Positions 40,181 to 53,914 of a stretch of 64,000 bases of DNA are shown in pieces. Numbering within the stretch: position 1 is the stretch's first letter; every line of letters starts with the position of its first letter. Where the stretch lies: NCBI GenBank assembly GCA_037379345.1, contig CM074519.1, positions 22,718,103-22,782,102 of the forward strand, in the 5' to 3' direction. The notes under the pieces are model-generated. The model was not told the DNA's origin. It did not search any database and saw only the letters and a list, made by a program, of their open reading frames with translations. A program made the translations under genes and the position numbers. The stretch comes from Perna viridis. Taxonomy: Eukaryota.

Positions 40181-40680
40181 AACGTAATCTGCTTCCTGTA
40201 TCTGTATCTTGTTGATATCATAAGCGACCCAAGGATCGCTTAAATATAGACCCAGGTCACCAGCGATTGATATGCGCAATCATAAAGTTTAATTGAGATA
40301 ACCTTATCTATGTTTTTATTTTATTTCATAAGCGGCAATTTACTCATATATTCAGTGGCGGATCCATAAATTTAGGTAAGGGGGGCCCAAAAAAAAAAAT
40401 TCTTGACAGGATCACCGGTGAGGATCCCGAAGTGAGTGTTTTTCATGATTTAACACACAATTTTTCAACAATTTTTTTTTCTAAGGGCCGGTACTCCGGG
40501 CCCCCAGGATCCGCCACTGATACTGTGCATATCCGTCGTTGGTGACATGCGTCTATATTTTAGCAATCACAGGGTCGCTTATGATATTGACCAGGGAACC
40601 AGATTAGTGGTGACCCGAGTCTATATTTTTGCCATCCCAGGGTCTCTGTTGACCAGGGTACCAGATTAGTAAGTAACGTC
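40181..40680. mobile_element. MITE with a nested CAGTGGCGGATCC-TIR MITE (40353-40519), upstream of gene B
   Basis: Inverted GATATCATAAGCGACCC / GGGTCGCTTATGATAT; inner perfect 13-bp TIR. Confidence 0.65.
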
Positions 40681-40980
40681 ACATAAACAAATGCTTAAAT
40701 TGTTTATTTTCATCACTAAAATTATTTTTTACTCAATGAAACTGTAACACCGCTTACCAATCAATAAGTCTTTCATATTTATGGAGCAAAGGCAATGAAA
40801 AAAAAGATGATCAATTTTTGTCCTCTGACCCCCTTAATATTCTCAGGTCGCTCCCGATCTTCTCGTGTCTGTAATTAGTACGACCGCTACCGGTAATATG
40901 ACTAAATACCAAAAAAAAATCACTCTTATTGTAATATTCAAGTTTCTCTCCCCTATACTATAATACCCTGTTACAAAAAA

Positions 40981-41396
40981 ATGGACAGTAGTAGCACCAG
41001 CCCCAGTGACGGGGAGGAGTCAGACTCAGAACCTTCAATGTTTTGGTGCGAAGCTTCAAAGAATGGTCCTAGATCGAAACGTCATTTACCAGTCTGTGTT
41101 TCTTTCTGGAAACGAAATTATGTAGAAAAAGAACTTCACATTTACTATGAAAATGACTTTTGTGTTACATTGCAGGAAATACTGAATAAATTGCCTAAAT
41201 TGCAAAATGCAAATGCAAGCGCCATACAGGAGGAGGCAATCACGATTTTGAAGACACAAAAATTTTTACCCAACCTAAATAATCTACTATTAGATCACCA
41301 TCATAACATTGCTAAACAAAGTCTTACAGAATCGTTGCAGGAAATTGAGAGCAAATTCCCTTGTCTTGAGCCTGGTTTTGAGACTTCATCCTCAAG
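40981..41396 (+). CDS. Gene B exon 1 (orphan nuclear protein; MDSSSTSPSDGEESDSEPS...)
   Basis: ATG-initiated 142-aa ORF; donor AG|GTTTGT in phase 2. Confidence 0.75.
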
Positions 41397-41890
41397 GTTT
41401 GTGAGATAGGCTTTGATCATAGAGTAGATCTCAACAATTTCAAAACAGAAGCCAATCTACTGGTCCCTAAAGTTTATTCCTCAATGAAAATTGTTGTATG
41501 GTAGGTCATTTTTAGAGCAATATTTTACTTGCGGGCGAGAACAACTCTTTGATTAATATAAAAAAGAGCTGTAAGTTTTGACTGATTTTAGATTTATTTA
41601 TTACCTAGATTATCCACATGAACAACTCAAGCCATAATCTTTTAATCTTTGTGGGTCAAATCTTTAATTTGTTTAAAATTATCTTCGGATCCCACAATTC
41701 AGGTTCTTTGAATTTACTTAACATAAAACTGAAATAAATCCAATCGCACAGTTTTCTGAAATTATAACAAATGAATATACATGTACATGTTCATAAATAT
41801 GTTGACAATTAAGATACACACAACATGTACATGTACATTATAAAATAACATCAAACACAATTACAGTACATTGTAACTTGTGTTGTAGAA

Positions 41891-42169
41891 CAGTACCTCA
41901 ACCGATCAACTAAAATTGCCATTGGTCATCAATCACCGATCAGTTTCAGATCAGTCATTGATCTGTCAAACTGATCTTTTAAACTGGTGATTGCATCACA
42001 TGATCACAGAGAGGTTAATGTATTTTACGGATTTCGTTGAAATTCTTAAATTTACATGAACCGATCATCCATCATTTTACATAAGATTGGTCACCGGTCA
42101 TTGGTTATCGATCAATCAGTTAGCAGTCATCAATCCATCAAAAAGCTGTGCGGATCAGTTCAGGGACTG
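41891..42169. mobile_element. MITE family 1 copy (gene B intron 1)
   Basis: CAGTACCTCAACCGATC...GATCAGTTCAGGGACTG-TA. Confidence 0.8.
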
Positions 42170-42350
42170 TACAAATGTACACATATGTAATGAAATTTTC
42201 TTAAAGTTCAAATGGTATCAATAAAAACTATGTTTATGTATTAATTTTTGTATGTGTATGTCATGATGTGCATATGGTATGCTTTAATGCAGCTGATTTT
42301 TGAAGGATTATTGATACCATGTACATTTGTACTTATATGCTATATTTCAG

Positions 42351-42530
42351 TTTGTCTCGTCCACAAAGATCACACATATTTTCATCTCTACGTCAATATA
42401 TATTTGCAATTGAGAGAATGGTAGATACCATTATAGAGAAAAGACAGTCTAAGGATAGAACATTTACTTATGAAGACTACTACACCAAAATTGTGTCAGC
42501 ATTTGCAACTATATGTGGATTTCAAGTTGA
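42351..42530 (+). CDS. Gene B exon 2 (LSRPQRSHIFSSLRQYIFAIERMV...ICGFQVE)
   Basis: TTTCAG acceptor and GTAAGT donor, phase 2-2, open frame. Confidence 0.8.
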
Positions 42531-44550
42531 GTAAGTTGTTCCAATATACTTTTTTGATGATCAAGTGCTTCTAACTTTACCCCACTGCATCCACACATTA
42601 GAATGCAGCTTACAGTACAGAAAGAGACATACCATGACTGATCACTGACATAGAGGTTACACCATTCTGTCAGTGATAACCCACAATTTTTTTATCGAGA
42701 GATATTACCAATTCATTGTTTTACATAATGTAAATGGTAGGCTATGTCCAACAACTTCCAAAAATAATTTTTAAGAAATATAAAATGCTATTGGCTCAGT
42801 GTGATCAGTCATGGTATGTCTCTTTCTGTATTGTATATATGTGGGATTATTGCAATTGTCTATCCATCAGTCTGTCCATTATACTTCAGATTTTTCAGCA
42901 TCTATTGGAGGGAATGAGAAGATATTTGGAACATTGTTTTTGCTCGTCTACTTACACAGTGTCTTAACTTTCCTGTTTCCAGGTTCTTTGCTTATATTTA
43001 CCTATACTTCCTGTATACCATATAAAGTAATTTTTCAGGTGATGCATATGGACATTTTTGTAACAAATTTTGCAGTATCATGATTTTTCAATTTTTGAAA
43101 TGTTCTATTTTTGTGAATAAGCTGTATAGATATCGATATAAAATACCAGTGGCAGATCAAAGGGGGAAGGGTCCAGGAGTATGACTCTCCCTTTTTCATA
43201 TAAAATTTTGTCAATTTAGTGCCAGATTTAATATAGGCAAAAGGAAGCAAATAATAGCATGGAAACCTTCTGCCCTATATATATATATATATAAAGTATT
43301 TTTTGTCTTTATAAATAGTAAACAGATGCATGGTACTGTGCATTTCAACTTTAAGATAAAATGATATGGCATGTATAATTTCACCCTGGTCAATTTGGAC
43401 TTCAATGTGAAGAAATTTAAAAATAGGTAAAACAGTTAAAATATCATTACACTGTTAACATGGTTAAATGCTGTACAACAATTAAACCATAGGTATCAAT
43501 AATTGTTGAAAAGAGATTGTGTAGTAAATAAAATCATAATTAAACTATAATAAATGAAACAGAATGCAGCGAAACTAAATACAATAAAAGAAATCTTTTA
43601 GGACGTTTCGCAAATTTTAAGAACCATAATGTTAACCAGTGCAGGACAATTCAACCCAAAGACATTTCGGACCACGAAAACCAATAATTCTTTATGAATG
43701 CCAAACGTTTCGGCCAATAGACATATCAGACCGTGACAATTAGTATAATGCTCATAACAATGTTTGCTGGTATACTGTTCCATAACTTGTTGGTTCTTGG
43801 AAAGAAAGATTGTCACCTGACTTGTAACTGACACTGAGAAATTTTAAAGGATAATGAGTGCATGTTTCGGGATTGTCTGAGAGGTGGAATTAACTTGTCT
43901 GTTTTAGTGATGGTAACTTGGAATATTTGATTACATATGATATTATTGATCTTGTGTCTGATGTAGGCTTCTCCGATCTGGATTTTGTATCAACTGGACA
44001 GTGCCTCAACAATAATTTCAAAAGGGCAGGGTGCAGGTCCTGGAAAGGGCACTTAGGCATGATGTTTTGTTATCATATAGGGCATGTTTACTGAAATTAA
44101 CTTTTACAATCAAATATTTGCTTCATTATTTTCACATTTAGCAAACAGCGGATTTTAAATATTCATGATAATTTGATTATTTTCCTTACCATTTATGAAG
44201 GTTTGGATTGAATGTGGGAGGCTGTGACTTGAGCTACGAAAAAAATATGACCTAAGCATTTTCATGATCTCCTTGAATTTCTATTAGGAAATACCATATT
44301 ATAACAAAAGGGAAGCTGGAATTTGTTTTAGGGGTTGTAATTTAAGCTATTTAGAAATAAGGGTCTAAAAAGGGGCCAGAAACAAACATTTTTTCAATGG
44401 TATCCTTATATTTACTTGAGTACACTTGGATTGATTTAAGGAAGTTGTGACTTGAAATGCTTATAGGAATGAGGGGCCAGAAACAAACATTACCCTGATA
44501 TTTTGATTAAACTTGTGTGAATGAATCTTCTAAAATAGTACCAGAATATA

Positions 44551-44920
44551 CAGTACCTGAACCAATCCGTGCAACAAAAATTGCGATCGGTCATCGATCA
44601 CCGATCAGTTTCCAGTCAGTCATCAATCTGTCAAACCAATCCATTATACCGGTGATGGCAAACGTGACCACAGAGCGGTCACTGTATTTTACGTTTTTTT
44701 AATGTTTTCTTTGTCAATTTTACACATATTTACATAATGTAACAGATTTAAACATCAATTTATACTTTTATTTTACAATTCTTTTATTTCAAACAGATCT
44801 TACGTCATTTTACATAGCAAAACTGCGATCAGATCGGTCATCGGTCATTGATCCGTCAGCGATCAATCCGTCAACGGTCATCGATCCGTCAAACCGTTAT
44901 GCAGACCGGTTCAGGGACTG
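44551..44920. mobile_element. MITE family 1 copy (gene B intron 2)
   Basis: TA-CAGTACCTGAACC...GGTTCAGGGACTG-TA; near reverse complement of 4116-4495. Confidence 0.85.
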
Positions 44921-45219
44921 TACCATAGGAAGGTCTGATATTGATTTTAGAGGATGTGACTGGAACAATTTAGGAGTATGGACAACATCAATTCTGGTTA
45001 AACCCTTATCTTGTGTCAATATCTTATCACAGTTGAGATTTAAGGCTGTATATATCCAGATTGAATAGTGTGTCTATACTTGCCTCAACTGTCCAGTTTT
45101 ACCTCGGTGGTTGTATCAAAACTGCACCCTGCAAAGTATGTTATTGATAATATGACCACTAGATTTGTTTTAATCTTCAAGGTTAGTGATTTAGGATCAT
45201 ATATTGTTTATCATTTCAG

Positions 45220-45364
45220 GGAAGGAAATAAAAGTTACAAGTCAGTATGGGATCATTTTAGAGGAATGAATAAAGCCGTTTGTGCAAAGCCGTACTTACG
45301 ATTTCGTTGTACTGGTGATGATTTTTCTAAGACAACTAAGACTGATACAGTAACTGTTACAGAG
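45220..45364 (+). CDS. Gene B exon 3 (EGNKSYKSVWDHFRGMNKAVCAKPYLRFRC...TVTVTE)
   Basis: TTTCAG acceptor and GAG|GTATTT donor, phase 2-0. Confidence 0.75.
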
Positions 45365-46136
45365 GTATTTACAGAACAATATACACTACCGGTACTTATT
45401 AAATTTTCGCATAGTTATAACATAAAAAATACATGTAGTATATAGATGTTTCTTATATATATTTCTGAATGAACATGTCATCGTGAGGCATGTTAGTCTC
45501 ATCAATTTATTTTTGATTCAGAACTTCCACTGTTAAACCTATTAAGACTGGATAGTTATGTGTCATATTTTCATAAATATATTTATTAATTAACGTTTTC
45601 ATTGAGAATAATGTAGTCTTTGTCTATTAAACATAATAGGTAACCACTACCTTTTGAATGGAAGGTAGGGACACATTTTTGGGAAATCATGTAGTCCTTT
45701 GACAAGACTTACAAGTTTTATAGACTGCCCATCTGACCACATGTTGTACAGCAACTCATATTAGGGATTTTTTTTCAATAAAACTTTGGTCAATTGCTCA
45801 CATTGATGGAAGAAAACTCCCTTGAATTTTACATTAATTTTGGACATTCAGTTTTTGTATAATAGGACTTTTTGCATTGAAAAAATGGGTGCAGGTTCCT
45901 CTCTGTTTTCACGCTTGGGGAATGCTTAGATATTTAGTACAATTCTTTTGTTTGATGGCTTGCCTTGTGTCTCCCTTTCCCTGAAATAATACATTTCCTA
46001 TCTAAGAAGAGCTATGCTTTAATTTGAGTAATACCATCGGAATAACATGCATATTTTTTCCAAGGAAGGTTAGGTTCTTGAATAACCAGTGGAACAGCAA
46101 AGAAAGATGCATAAGTATATTCAACTTTTCCTGAAT

Positions 46137-46580
46137 TTTTATTCCCCTACAACCAAATGTTTGGGGAGGGGGTTATATAAGAATCTCTCCATCAGTCTGT
46201 CTCTCTGTACACCCCTCTCTTGTAAGCACAACTCATCTTAATATGATCAAGGGATTTTGGTGAAATTTTATAGGAAAATTGAGTATTATGTGTAGATGTG
46301 ATGAAGGAATATTCTTAAAATGGGAGGACTCCAATGGGAGATAATCCAACTTAAGGGTTTGCATTTTAATACCTCATAAGGGCTACTCCTCCTAAACTGC
46401 TCAAGGGATTCATCAAGGGATGAAACTTAGTAGGAAGGTAGGGCATCAAATGTAGATGTACATGAAGGAATACAATACTATTGGATGACTCTAAAAGGAG
46501 TAAATTGAACTGACAGGTTATAACTTCATTTGAAGCTGGGGTATTCTGATAGTGAGCTTGTTCACTGTATTTGTACTTTA
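46137..46580 (+). mobile_element. Decayed HINE-type element; a related copy lies at ~47815-48330
   Basis: TTTTATTCCCC..GGGGAGGGG hairpin start, GTCT repeats, shared internal repeats. Confidence 0.5.
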
Positions 46581-47439
46581 AAATTACAACTCTTTCACAA
46601 ATTGTATGATGAAGCAGAAAAAAAAGTGAGTGGAGTAAAAGGGGAAAAATCTTTTTGAAATTGTTTTACAAAGTGCCAAAAATGTTCAATGTGTTACAGT
46701 CCCTAAACCTGTCCGTGGAATTATTTGACAGTTCAGTGACCAGAAACTGACTGACCATTGCTTGGTGACCGATCTGATCACAATTTTTTTTCTATCCAAA
46801 TGAAGTTGCATATCAAAATAACATAACTAATAAGTTCTGGCTAATAGTCAAAAGGGAAAGTTATAAACAAGGTAAATTCGAAAAGTTTGAAATTAAGGAT
46901 GATTGATAAGTTATAAAGATTTTCAAAATTGTTTATTCTAAATTCAAAATATTAAATTCATTTTTTGCGTTTTATTTACAAGAGCTAATATGAAATTGTA
47001 ATTGAAATTTAAAAAAAAAATTGTCAAACAAGAAAAAAAAAGGCAAAACAAATCTTATCACACCATAATATATACAATGTATCTGGATTCATGTAATGTG
47101 ATGTTAGTTTAAGGGGTCACTAGTGGCTTTAAATAAATGAGGAATTTGATTCCTTATTCCACAGTCCTGTACCTAGCATGACAAAGTGTGAAATTGTTTT
47201 TTTTTTTTTTTTCACTGTGCATTGTAAAAAAGTCTGTTTGACTCATAATTTTCAGACTTCATACTATTATTATAACTAATTTTGTTTTAGATGACTGACT
47301 CTCAAATGTTTGCTCAAGTCATTTTATATGATCCTCTTACAGGATTCATACCAGTAGATAGTTGACAGATTGGAGTGAAATTACTTACACTAAAACTATA
47401 CACTTAAAAGTTGATTTGGTTAAATTTAATACTTTTCAG

Positions 47440-47763
47440 GTAAATAAAAGAGGCAGGTATACAGAAGCAGAGAAAAATAAGAGGAAACGGGGTGATGATA
47501 GCAACAGGAGAGCAAAGAAAAGAAAACAGTGTACTGTTTCATATTCATCTTCATCTTCATCTTCATCTTCTTCATCCCACGACTGTAATGTCATTTTTCC
47601 AACAACTGAAAGTCCTAGTATAGAGTATGATGTTGGTGAACACACCTTGGGACAACATGCTGGAGACCTCTTGTTGGATCTACATACACACTTGCAGCGA
47701 CATAAGGGCGAACAAAAACCATCAATTCTTTACATGCCTGGGATGATTGTTGATAAATCTTTG
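47440..47763 (+). CDS. Gene B exon 4 (bipartite NLS, poly-Ser, LGQHAGDLLLDL...MPGMIVDKSL)
   Basis: TTTTCAG acceptor and TTG|GTAGGA donor, phase 0-0, inside a 144-aa ORF. Confidence 0.8.
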
Positions 47764-48361
47764 GTAGGAATTTCTTACTTTCACTCGACAAGTTAATGTA
47801 CAGTCCAATTGAAAATGATTATATTCCATACATACAAAAACTAGGGATTGTGGAATGTAGGAATTACCCTGTATATATTTCTATTTTTTTTTCTGTCTAT
47901 TTTTTTTCTAAGTGGAAATCCTCCTAAACTACTAAATGAAATATCATATGACAGGTGGGCATCATATGTAGATGTGGACAAAGATATGTTAAAACTGTCA
48001 GAGGATTCCAAAGGGAGATAATTCAACTTAAGTGTTAACATTGTTAAAACCTTGCAAGTGCAATTCTTTTTTAGCTGCTCGATAGATTTTTATCAAATTT
48101 TATAGGAAGGTTAGGCATTATATGTAGATATGCAGAAAGGAATGTAATTACTGTCAGCGGATTGCAAATCAAGATAATCTGGTTTAGTGTTTTGCATGTT
48201 AAAATGTAATTCCTCCAAAACTTCAAAGATTCTTGATTAAATTTTATTGAAAAAGTAGGCATCACATGTGATTGTGTATGAAGAAATATAATTATTGTTG
48301 AAGGATTCAAAAGGGAGATGATCAAGGTTTCAGTTTTGCTTTTAAATTTTTACTCCATTTG

Positions 48362-48939
48362 AAAGGTGTAGTGGCATTAAGCTATGAGTATTGCCTAGAA
48401 GTATCACTTTGTTGTTATAACATAAAATTTGTTCATAACAAAGTAAAATTAATAAATACAAGGTAAAATAATATTTTATGGCATTAGTTCAATGTTTTAA
48501 GGTGATAATGGTGCCACAATTATGTGTCATTTAGCAAGAACTGCTGGGAATTGTAATTTTTTTTTTTTACATATTTACATCCAAAAAATTATGTCCACAC
48601 CCAAGAAACAACTTTATATTTTATTTATGATTAACAATTTAATAATGAATATATTCACCAAATATGAAGTTTTTACTTGTGTGTGGACACCATTTCCTTG
48701 CTAAAAGTATGGCCAGAAAGTGACAAAAAAGTACAAATTTTGACAGAATATCTGAATATTGGTAAATTTCAAGCAATTTTTCTGTTCTTTCAATACAAGA
48801 ATTATCAAAAGTCTTATGTTTTCTCATTTTTGATGGATTCAAGTCTCTTAATTCACAATTAAAATAATAATTCAACACTTTATAATTAATTTTCAGTTGA
48901 ATTTTAAGCCAATAAGACCTTTTAATGCCACTTCTCCTT
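48362..48939. mobile_element. MITE (TIR AAAGGTGTAGTGGCATTAA, Kolobok-like)
   Basis: 17/19 inverted terminal match. Confidence 0.55.
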
Positions 48940-49257
48940 TGTGGATTTGTGGTATTTTGTTTGCGAGTTTACTCACAGTACTTCTCATTTACTTATCACA
49001 CTTGATTAAATCTTATGACAGAGTATAAAATAGTCAAGGTTAGTGATTGAGGTTCTTTATGGTTTATTGTTTTAATATTTTCTTTGATAGGGCATAAAAT
49101 GAAAGTATTGCTAACCCTACCAACCATAACTTTTTGTTTTCACCTCTGACCTTAAATAATTTATTTGCCATTTGTTTACAAGTGCTTTTGAGTGTGACTC
49201 TAAAACAAACCAGTCAAAAACAAAACAAAAAAATGTGAAAAAAGTTTTCCCTTCCTA

Positions 49258-49716
49258 CAGCCCCTGAAGATCAGTGCAACTATTTGACAGATTGAAGACA
49301 GCTGACTGATTAATGACAGCTGACTGATTGAACCCTTACAGATGTAATGACAATTGATCAGTTCATGTAAATTTAAGAATTTCCATAGGAATAAATCCAA
49401 GATACATGTACTACAATATTAAATTTATCATAAATTTTAGATAGTGTAATCACATGTTGTATTTTGTTCAAAATAAAACAAACATAGAATGAAAGTAATT
49501 AATAGATGTTTCAATCTATTGCATGATGTACATATGTGTAAAAAATGACCATCAAAACAACGTTAACAGGATCCGTGAAATATATTGACCACTCTTTGGT
49601 CATGTGATGTTATCACCGGTTTAATAATTCAGTATGACAGGTCGATTACTTATCAAAACCTGATCGGTGATGATGACTGATGACAATTTAAGTTGCACGG
49701 TTGGGTTCAGCTACTG
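49258..49716. mobile_element. MITE family 1 diverged copy (gene B intron 4); a partial copy also lies at 46697-46800 (intron 3)
   Basis: Degenerate TIRs and the same internal motifs. Confidence 0.7.
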
Positions 49717-50300
49717 TTCTGACCTTATTTTTTAAGAGCATGGTAGCAAAAAAAACACAGGTATTGTTTGTCATTGTCTAAGAGTAGTCAAGGGAACCAA
49801 GGTTATAGCGGTAATCAGACGAATGTAGTCCAGAGACAAAGACCACACATGGAAAACAGACATACACAACAAAGAACATAAAGTAACTAAAATCAAACAA
49901 TTGATCAGTTAATCTAAATTATAGGTTTTCTGATGTCATACACATTTTAGATTTGTTTAATTTTACAAACCTTGCAGATGTACCACATTTAGGTGCAACA
50001 TGTGCGAGTAATCACATTTCTTAAGCGTTTTGAGTATGAACATGCAGCATTTTTTGGGTTATTATAATAATGGTTTGGCTCAGGTCCAAATTAATCATGT
50101 GTCAAAGTTGAGGTAGAATCCAATCCTTTGTGTGGTTAATTCTGCATAATAACAATTTGACTTAATGTATCAGTCTGAAACAAAGCAGGGTCTATTTTAC
50201 ATGTGTGTGTATATATATTAATAGCATAGAAATAACAATCAATCACTCAGTCAATCAGTCAACCAGTGAACTAAAACATGACCTGTTTATTTCTTTTCAG

Positions 50301-50474
50301 GTGTACCTGACTCTTCTTGAAATTTCTAATGAACATTTGGAAAAACTTGGCTGTGATGAAGAATTGACATGTGAAGATAGAGCTACCATATATTATTCAC
50401 TACCTTATGACATGTTTTATGAAGGGACCATTCCTTCTTTAGTTGAGACTTTTGTAAAGCTTAATAACATGTAA
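50301..50474 (+). CDS. Gene B exon 5, terminal (VYLTLLEISNEHLEKL...KLNNM*)
   Basis: Strong polypyrimidine/CAG acceptor in phase 0; TAA stop. Total CDS 1239 bp = 412 aa. Candidate AATAAA at 51184. Confidence 0.8.
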   Translation: MYLTLLEISNEHLEKLGCDEELTCEDRATIYYSLPYDMFYEGTIPSLVETFVKLNNM

Positions 50475-50711
50475 TCAGTTATAAAAGTACAAAGAATTTA
50501 CACTTGTGAAAATGTTTTACTGCCTCTACTAAATCAAGCTCTAAATTTTTTATTCCCCTAACGGTAAGGTCAAAGATTCCAATAATTATTATTTTTTGTG
50601 TGACTTATTCTCTTCTTCCCACAAATTGATGTCATGCTGTATTGGTGAACTAAATTTTGGAAGGAATTAAACCCCATATTTGAAGAAAAGAAAGGTTGGG
50701 ATAATTCAGCG

Positions 50712-51100
50712 TGAGCCTCTGTAAGAATCAGTCAGCGGATGAAACATGGTATAAAGAAATATATCATTTTGATAGTTTAATTTGACTATTTGCACCATTA
50801 TAATGAAAGAAAAAAGATAATTCACATGTTATATCCATATCATCTTTTTGTATTGAGTTTAAATTTCATTGAAATGCACTAAAAATGAATATTTCAAGGA
50901 CAGATAACTCTGTCTTAATTTTCATTTTTCTAACATTTTATTGAAAAATTTCTGAGCAAAGCCAGTGATGCAGAGACCAAAAAATGTATATTTTAAATAG
51001 AGAAAGTATCCTTGAGCGATATTACATTGTTATACCTATAGGATTTTTCCATGTATGTTTTTGATTTTTCCCATGTTGCCTGATTCTTAGAAACACTCAT
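50712..51100. mobile_element. MITE family 2 (TIR GAGYCTCTGTAAGAATCAG); other copies at ~55880-56180 and ~57345-57732
   Basis: TIRs plus shared interior (GAAACATGGTAT, TTCAAGGACAGATAACTC). Confidence 0.75.
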
Positions 51101-51750
51101 AATTATGTCAAGTTATTCTCTTTCAAATTCACACTGGTACCTTTCTAGCTGTGTTTTTACTGTTTGTGTAAGTAGTGATTGATAATAAACCAATTTCGTG
51201 AGTGTACATTTCTGCAATGATTCTTGACATTTACATGTCTTGGTCATGGAAGAATTTGTTTAGCTTCATGAGTTACTTTGTATGTGTTCATTTCTTATCA
51301 ACTTCCAGCTGCTATTTTAAAGATTTGGACTGAATGTTGTTTAAAGCCTGGCAAATGTAGCAATTTTAGAAATGTCAGATAGTGATTAATGTTAAAGATT
51401 GGTCAAATTTTGACTGAAGATTGGTTTTATTGTGTAAGGGTATTTGGTTCACTGTCCTATCATTTTCCCTTTTGTTTTTGTTCAAGTTAAGTGTTTACTT
51501 AATCACTAAGTAGTCATTTATTAACATATTTTCTGACCAACCAGTTTACATTTATAATCTACATTTTATATTTTTTTAATGAATATGATTCTAAGAATCT
51601 TTATATGTGTACAATAATAAGCTACATTGTAAAATAAGTTTTTGATGTATTGAAGGAATCGTTAATTCATCTATTTTTTTTACGTACAATGTATTAATAC
51701 CAATTTACAGTTTATTGACCCTAAACTGAAACTTTGTGGAGGTGGTCGAA

Positions 51751-52158
51751 TTAAGTAGTTGTATTGGTTAGAATCATGCAAAATCTGAGAAATGTGATAC
51801 ATCTCCAAAAAGGCTACATATTTTCATTTTGTTATTAAGTTGTTTTATGGGTCTATATTATAAAATGTGCAATTATTCATTCAAATCTGCCTGCTCTTAG
51901 GAGATAATCAACATTGAAAGTCCAATACATTCTTTTTTATTCAAATGTCATTTACAGAGTTATCTCCATTAATTTTGAAATCTACAGTGCATTGTATAAA
52001 GATTTTCTCTCTTAAGAACTCGGTTGATATGAAAAACCAAATGCTAATTTTCTGTTTACTATGACAATTCAAACAAAATATCAAAAATAAGAATATGTGG
52101 GATTTTCACTGTCTCATGAATCACATTTTGCATGATTTTTAGCTGGAGTGCTACTTAT
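51751..52158. mobile_element. MITE family 3; second copy at ~53300-53717
   Basis: TTAAGTAG..AATCATGCAAAAT / ATTTTGCATGATT..CTACTTA; shared interior. Confidence 0.65.
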
Positions 52159-52409
52159 ATTGTTTATTTATTTATTGATCTGACATAGATGTCTTGAATA
52201 AGAGTAATTTTGGTAATTTTCATTTATCAAGCTAATTTATGCCACTTTATACTTTTAACAAAAAAAGAAGGCAACACTGCACAGACATATTAAACTATAG
52301 AAGTTATTACTTTGATAAATATTGAATTAACAGTTATTATCCTCGACCATCCTTATGTATGAAAAATAAAGAAAATTTGATTGAACAATGTAACGAAAAT
52401 CCCGCTTAT

Positions 52410-52612
52410 GGAGGTAGCCCTAGGGTAAGGGACACAACTCTTGCAATAATTGGAACATTTGTATTCGGTTTTTTACAATAATCTCATGTAAGCATCAAAG
52501 TAACTTGGATCGATTTCATTCTGTTTCAGATGAAAGCTTGATTGCCTTTGTTGTAATTGAATATGATATCACTCATTTCAAGAGTTATATTCCTTACCCT
52601 AGGTCTACCTCC
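52410..52612. mobile_element. Kolobok-like MITE (GG...CC ends, TTAA-type flank); second copy at 54875-55046
   Basis: TIR GGAGGTAG.CCTAGGGTAAGG / CCTTACCCTAGGTCTACCTCC followed by TTAA. Confidence 0.75.
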
Positions 52613-53914
52613 TTAAAACAATGTAGGGTGCAACATCTTGTTAAATTGAATCGTTTTAGAGTGAGAAAAAAGCTGAATACTTATGATGAATACAGCGAAA
52701 CCTTTCTAAATCGAAACTCTGTATAGACCAAAACCCTGTCTAAAGAAAACATTTTTTAAAAAGTACTTTCACAATAATTCAAATGTATTTTGAACCTTGG
52801 AAAACCAAACAATGGCTAACCGAACGCACTATACAGTCCAAAGAGGAGTAAGTTCAGAATAGTTACATTATACATGCATTAATTATGTTTAAAACTTAAG
52901 GCTTGTCCCAAATAAAAATCTAGGACGCACGTTAACACATACAAGAAAGTCAATTTTCGTTATTTCAATACATTAAATACTTTATAAGCTGAAACTTACA
53001 ATGTAGGTATACGTATATTATGCAGTTCAGAGCGATAGTCAATCATTCAAATAATATTATTAAAATATGATATTTAAAAACGTCGAATAAAGATTCAAAT
53101 CATTTAAACACTAAAATAATATATACATCAATAACCATCAGTAGAAGGTTACGTTTTTACAAGAACGCATTTCAAGCATTTTAAGGCATTTCTATTGTCT
53201 GTGTGTAATGCTTTGTTGAAAGTACTTTCACAAATCGAAGATAAATAATCTCAACTAACAGTTTAATAGATCCAAGTGTTTTACCTCTTCTCTTGTTAAT
53301 TGGTAGTCTTGGTAAAAGACGTGCAAATTCTATAATATGTGATCCACCCAAAGAAAAGGCTACACTTCTTTATTTTTATTAACTATGTTGCTATAATGGT
53401 CTATATGATGAAATGTATTATTATTGATTCCAATCTGTCTGTGCTTAGGAGATAATCCACTTTGAAAATCAAACAGTTTATATAGTATTCAAGTGTCATT
53501 TGCAAGAGTTACCCGCCTTAGTTTGAATTTGAAAGTGCATTCCTTATAATGTATGTCTTCTATGAGCAGGGGTTTTATGAAAACCCACATGTTAATTTCT
53601 ATAATTTCTCTACTTTTTTTACTATAACATTTTGAACAAAATATCAAATTGAAAATATGCAGGTTTTCTAACCATGAATCGCATTTCCTATGATTCTTAG
53701 CTGGAGTGCTACTTAATAACTTCATTTGATTACTCTAGTAGTCAAAGCAATGTTAATTGTAATGAATAAATACATGGATTGGAGAAACGTTTGCACTTTA
53801 GTTCATCTTCAACCAGTCTTTTTATTTCAGAAGATGTACTGTAAATGATCCTAGGTGTTAAGAGAATCTCTGTTTTTCATTCTTTGTTAACTAATTATAA
53901 ATATGTGACCAGAA

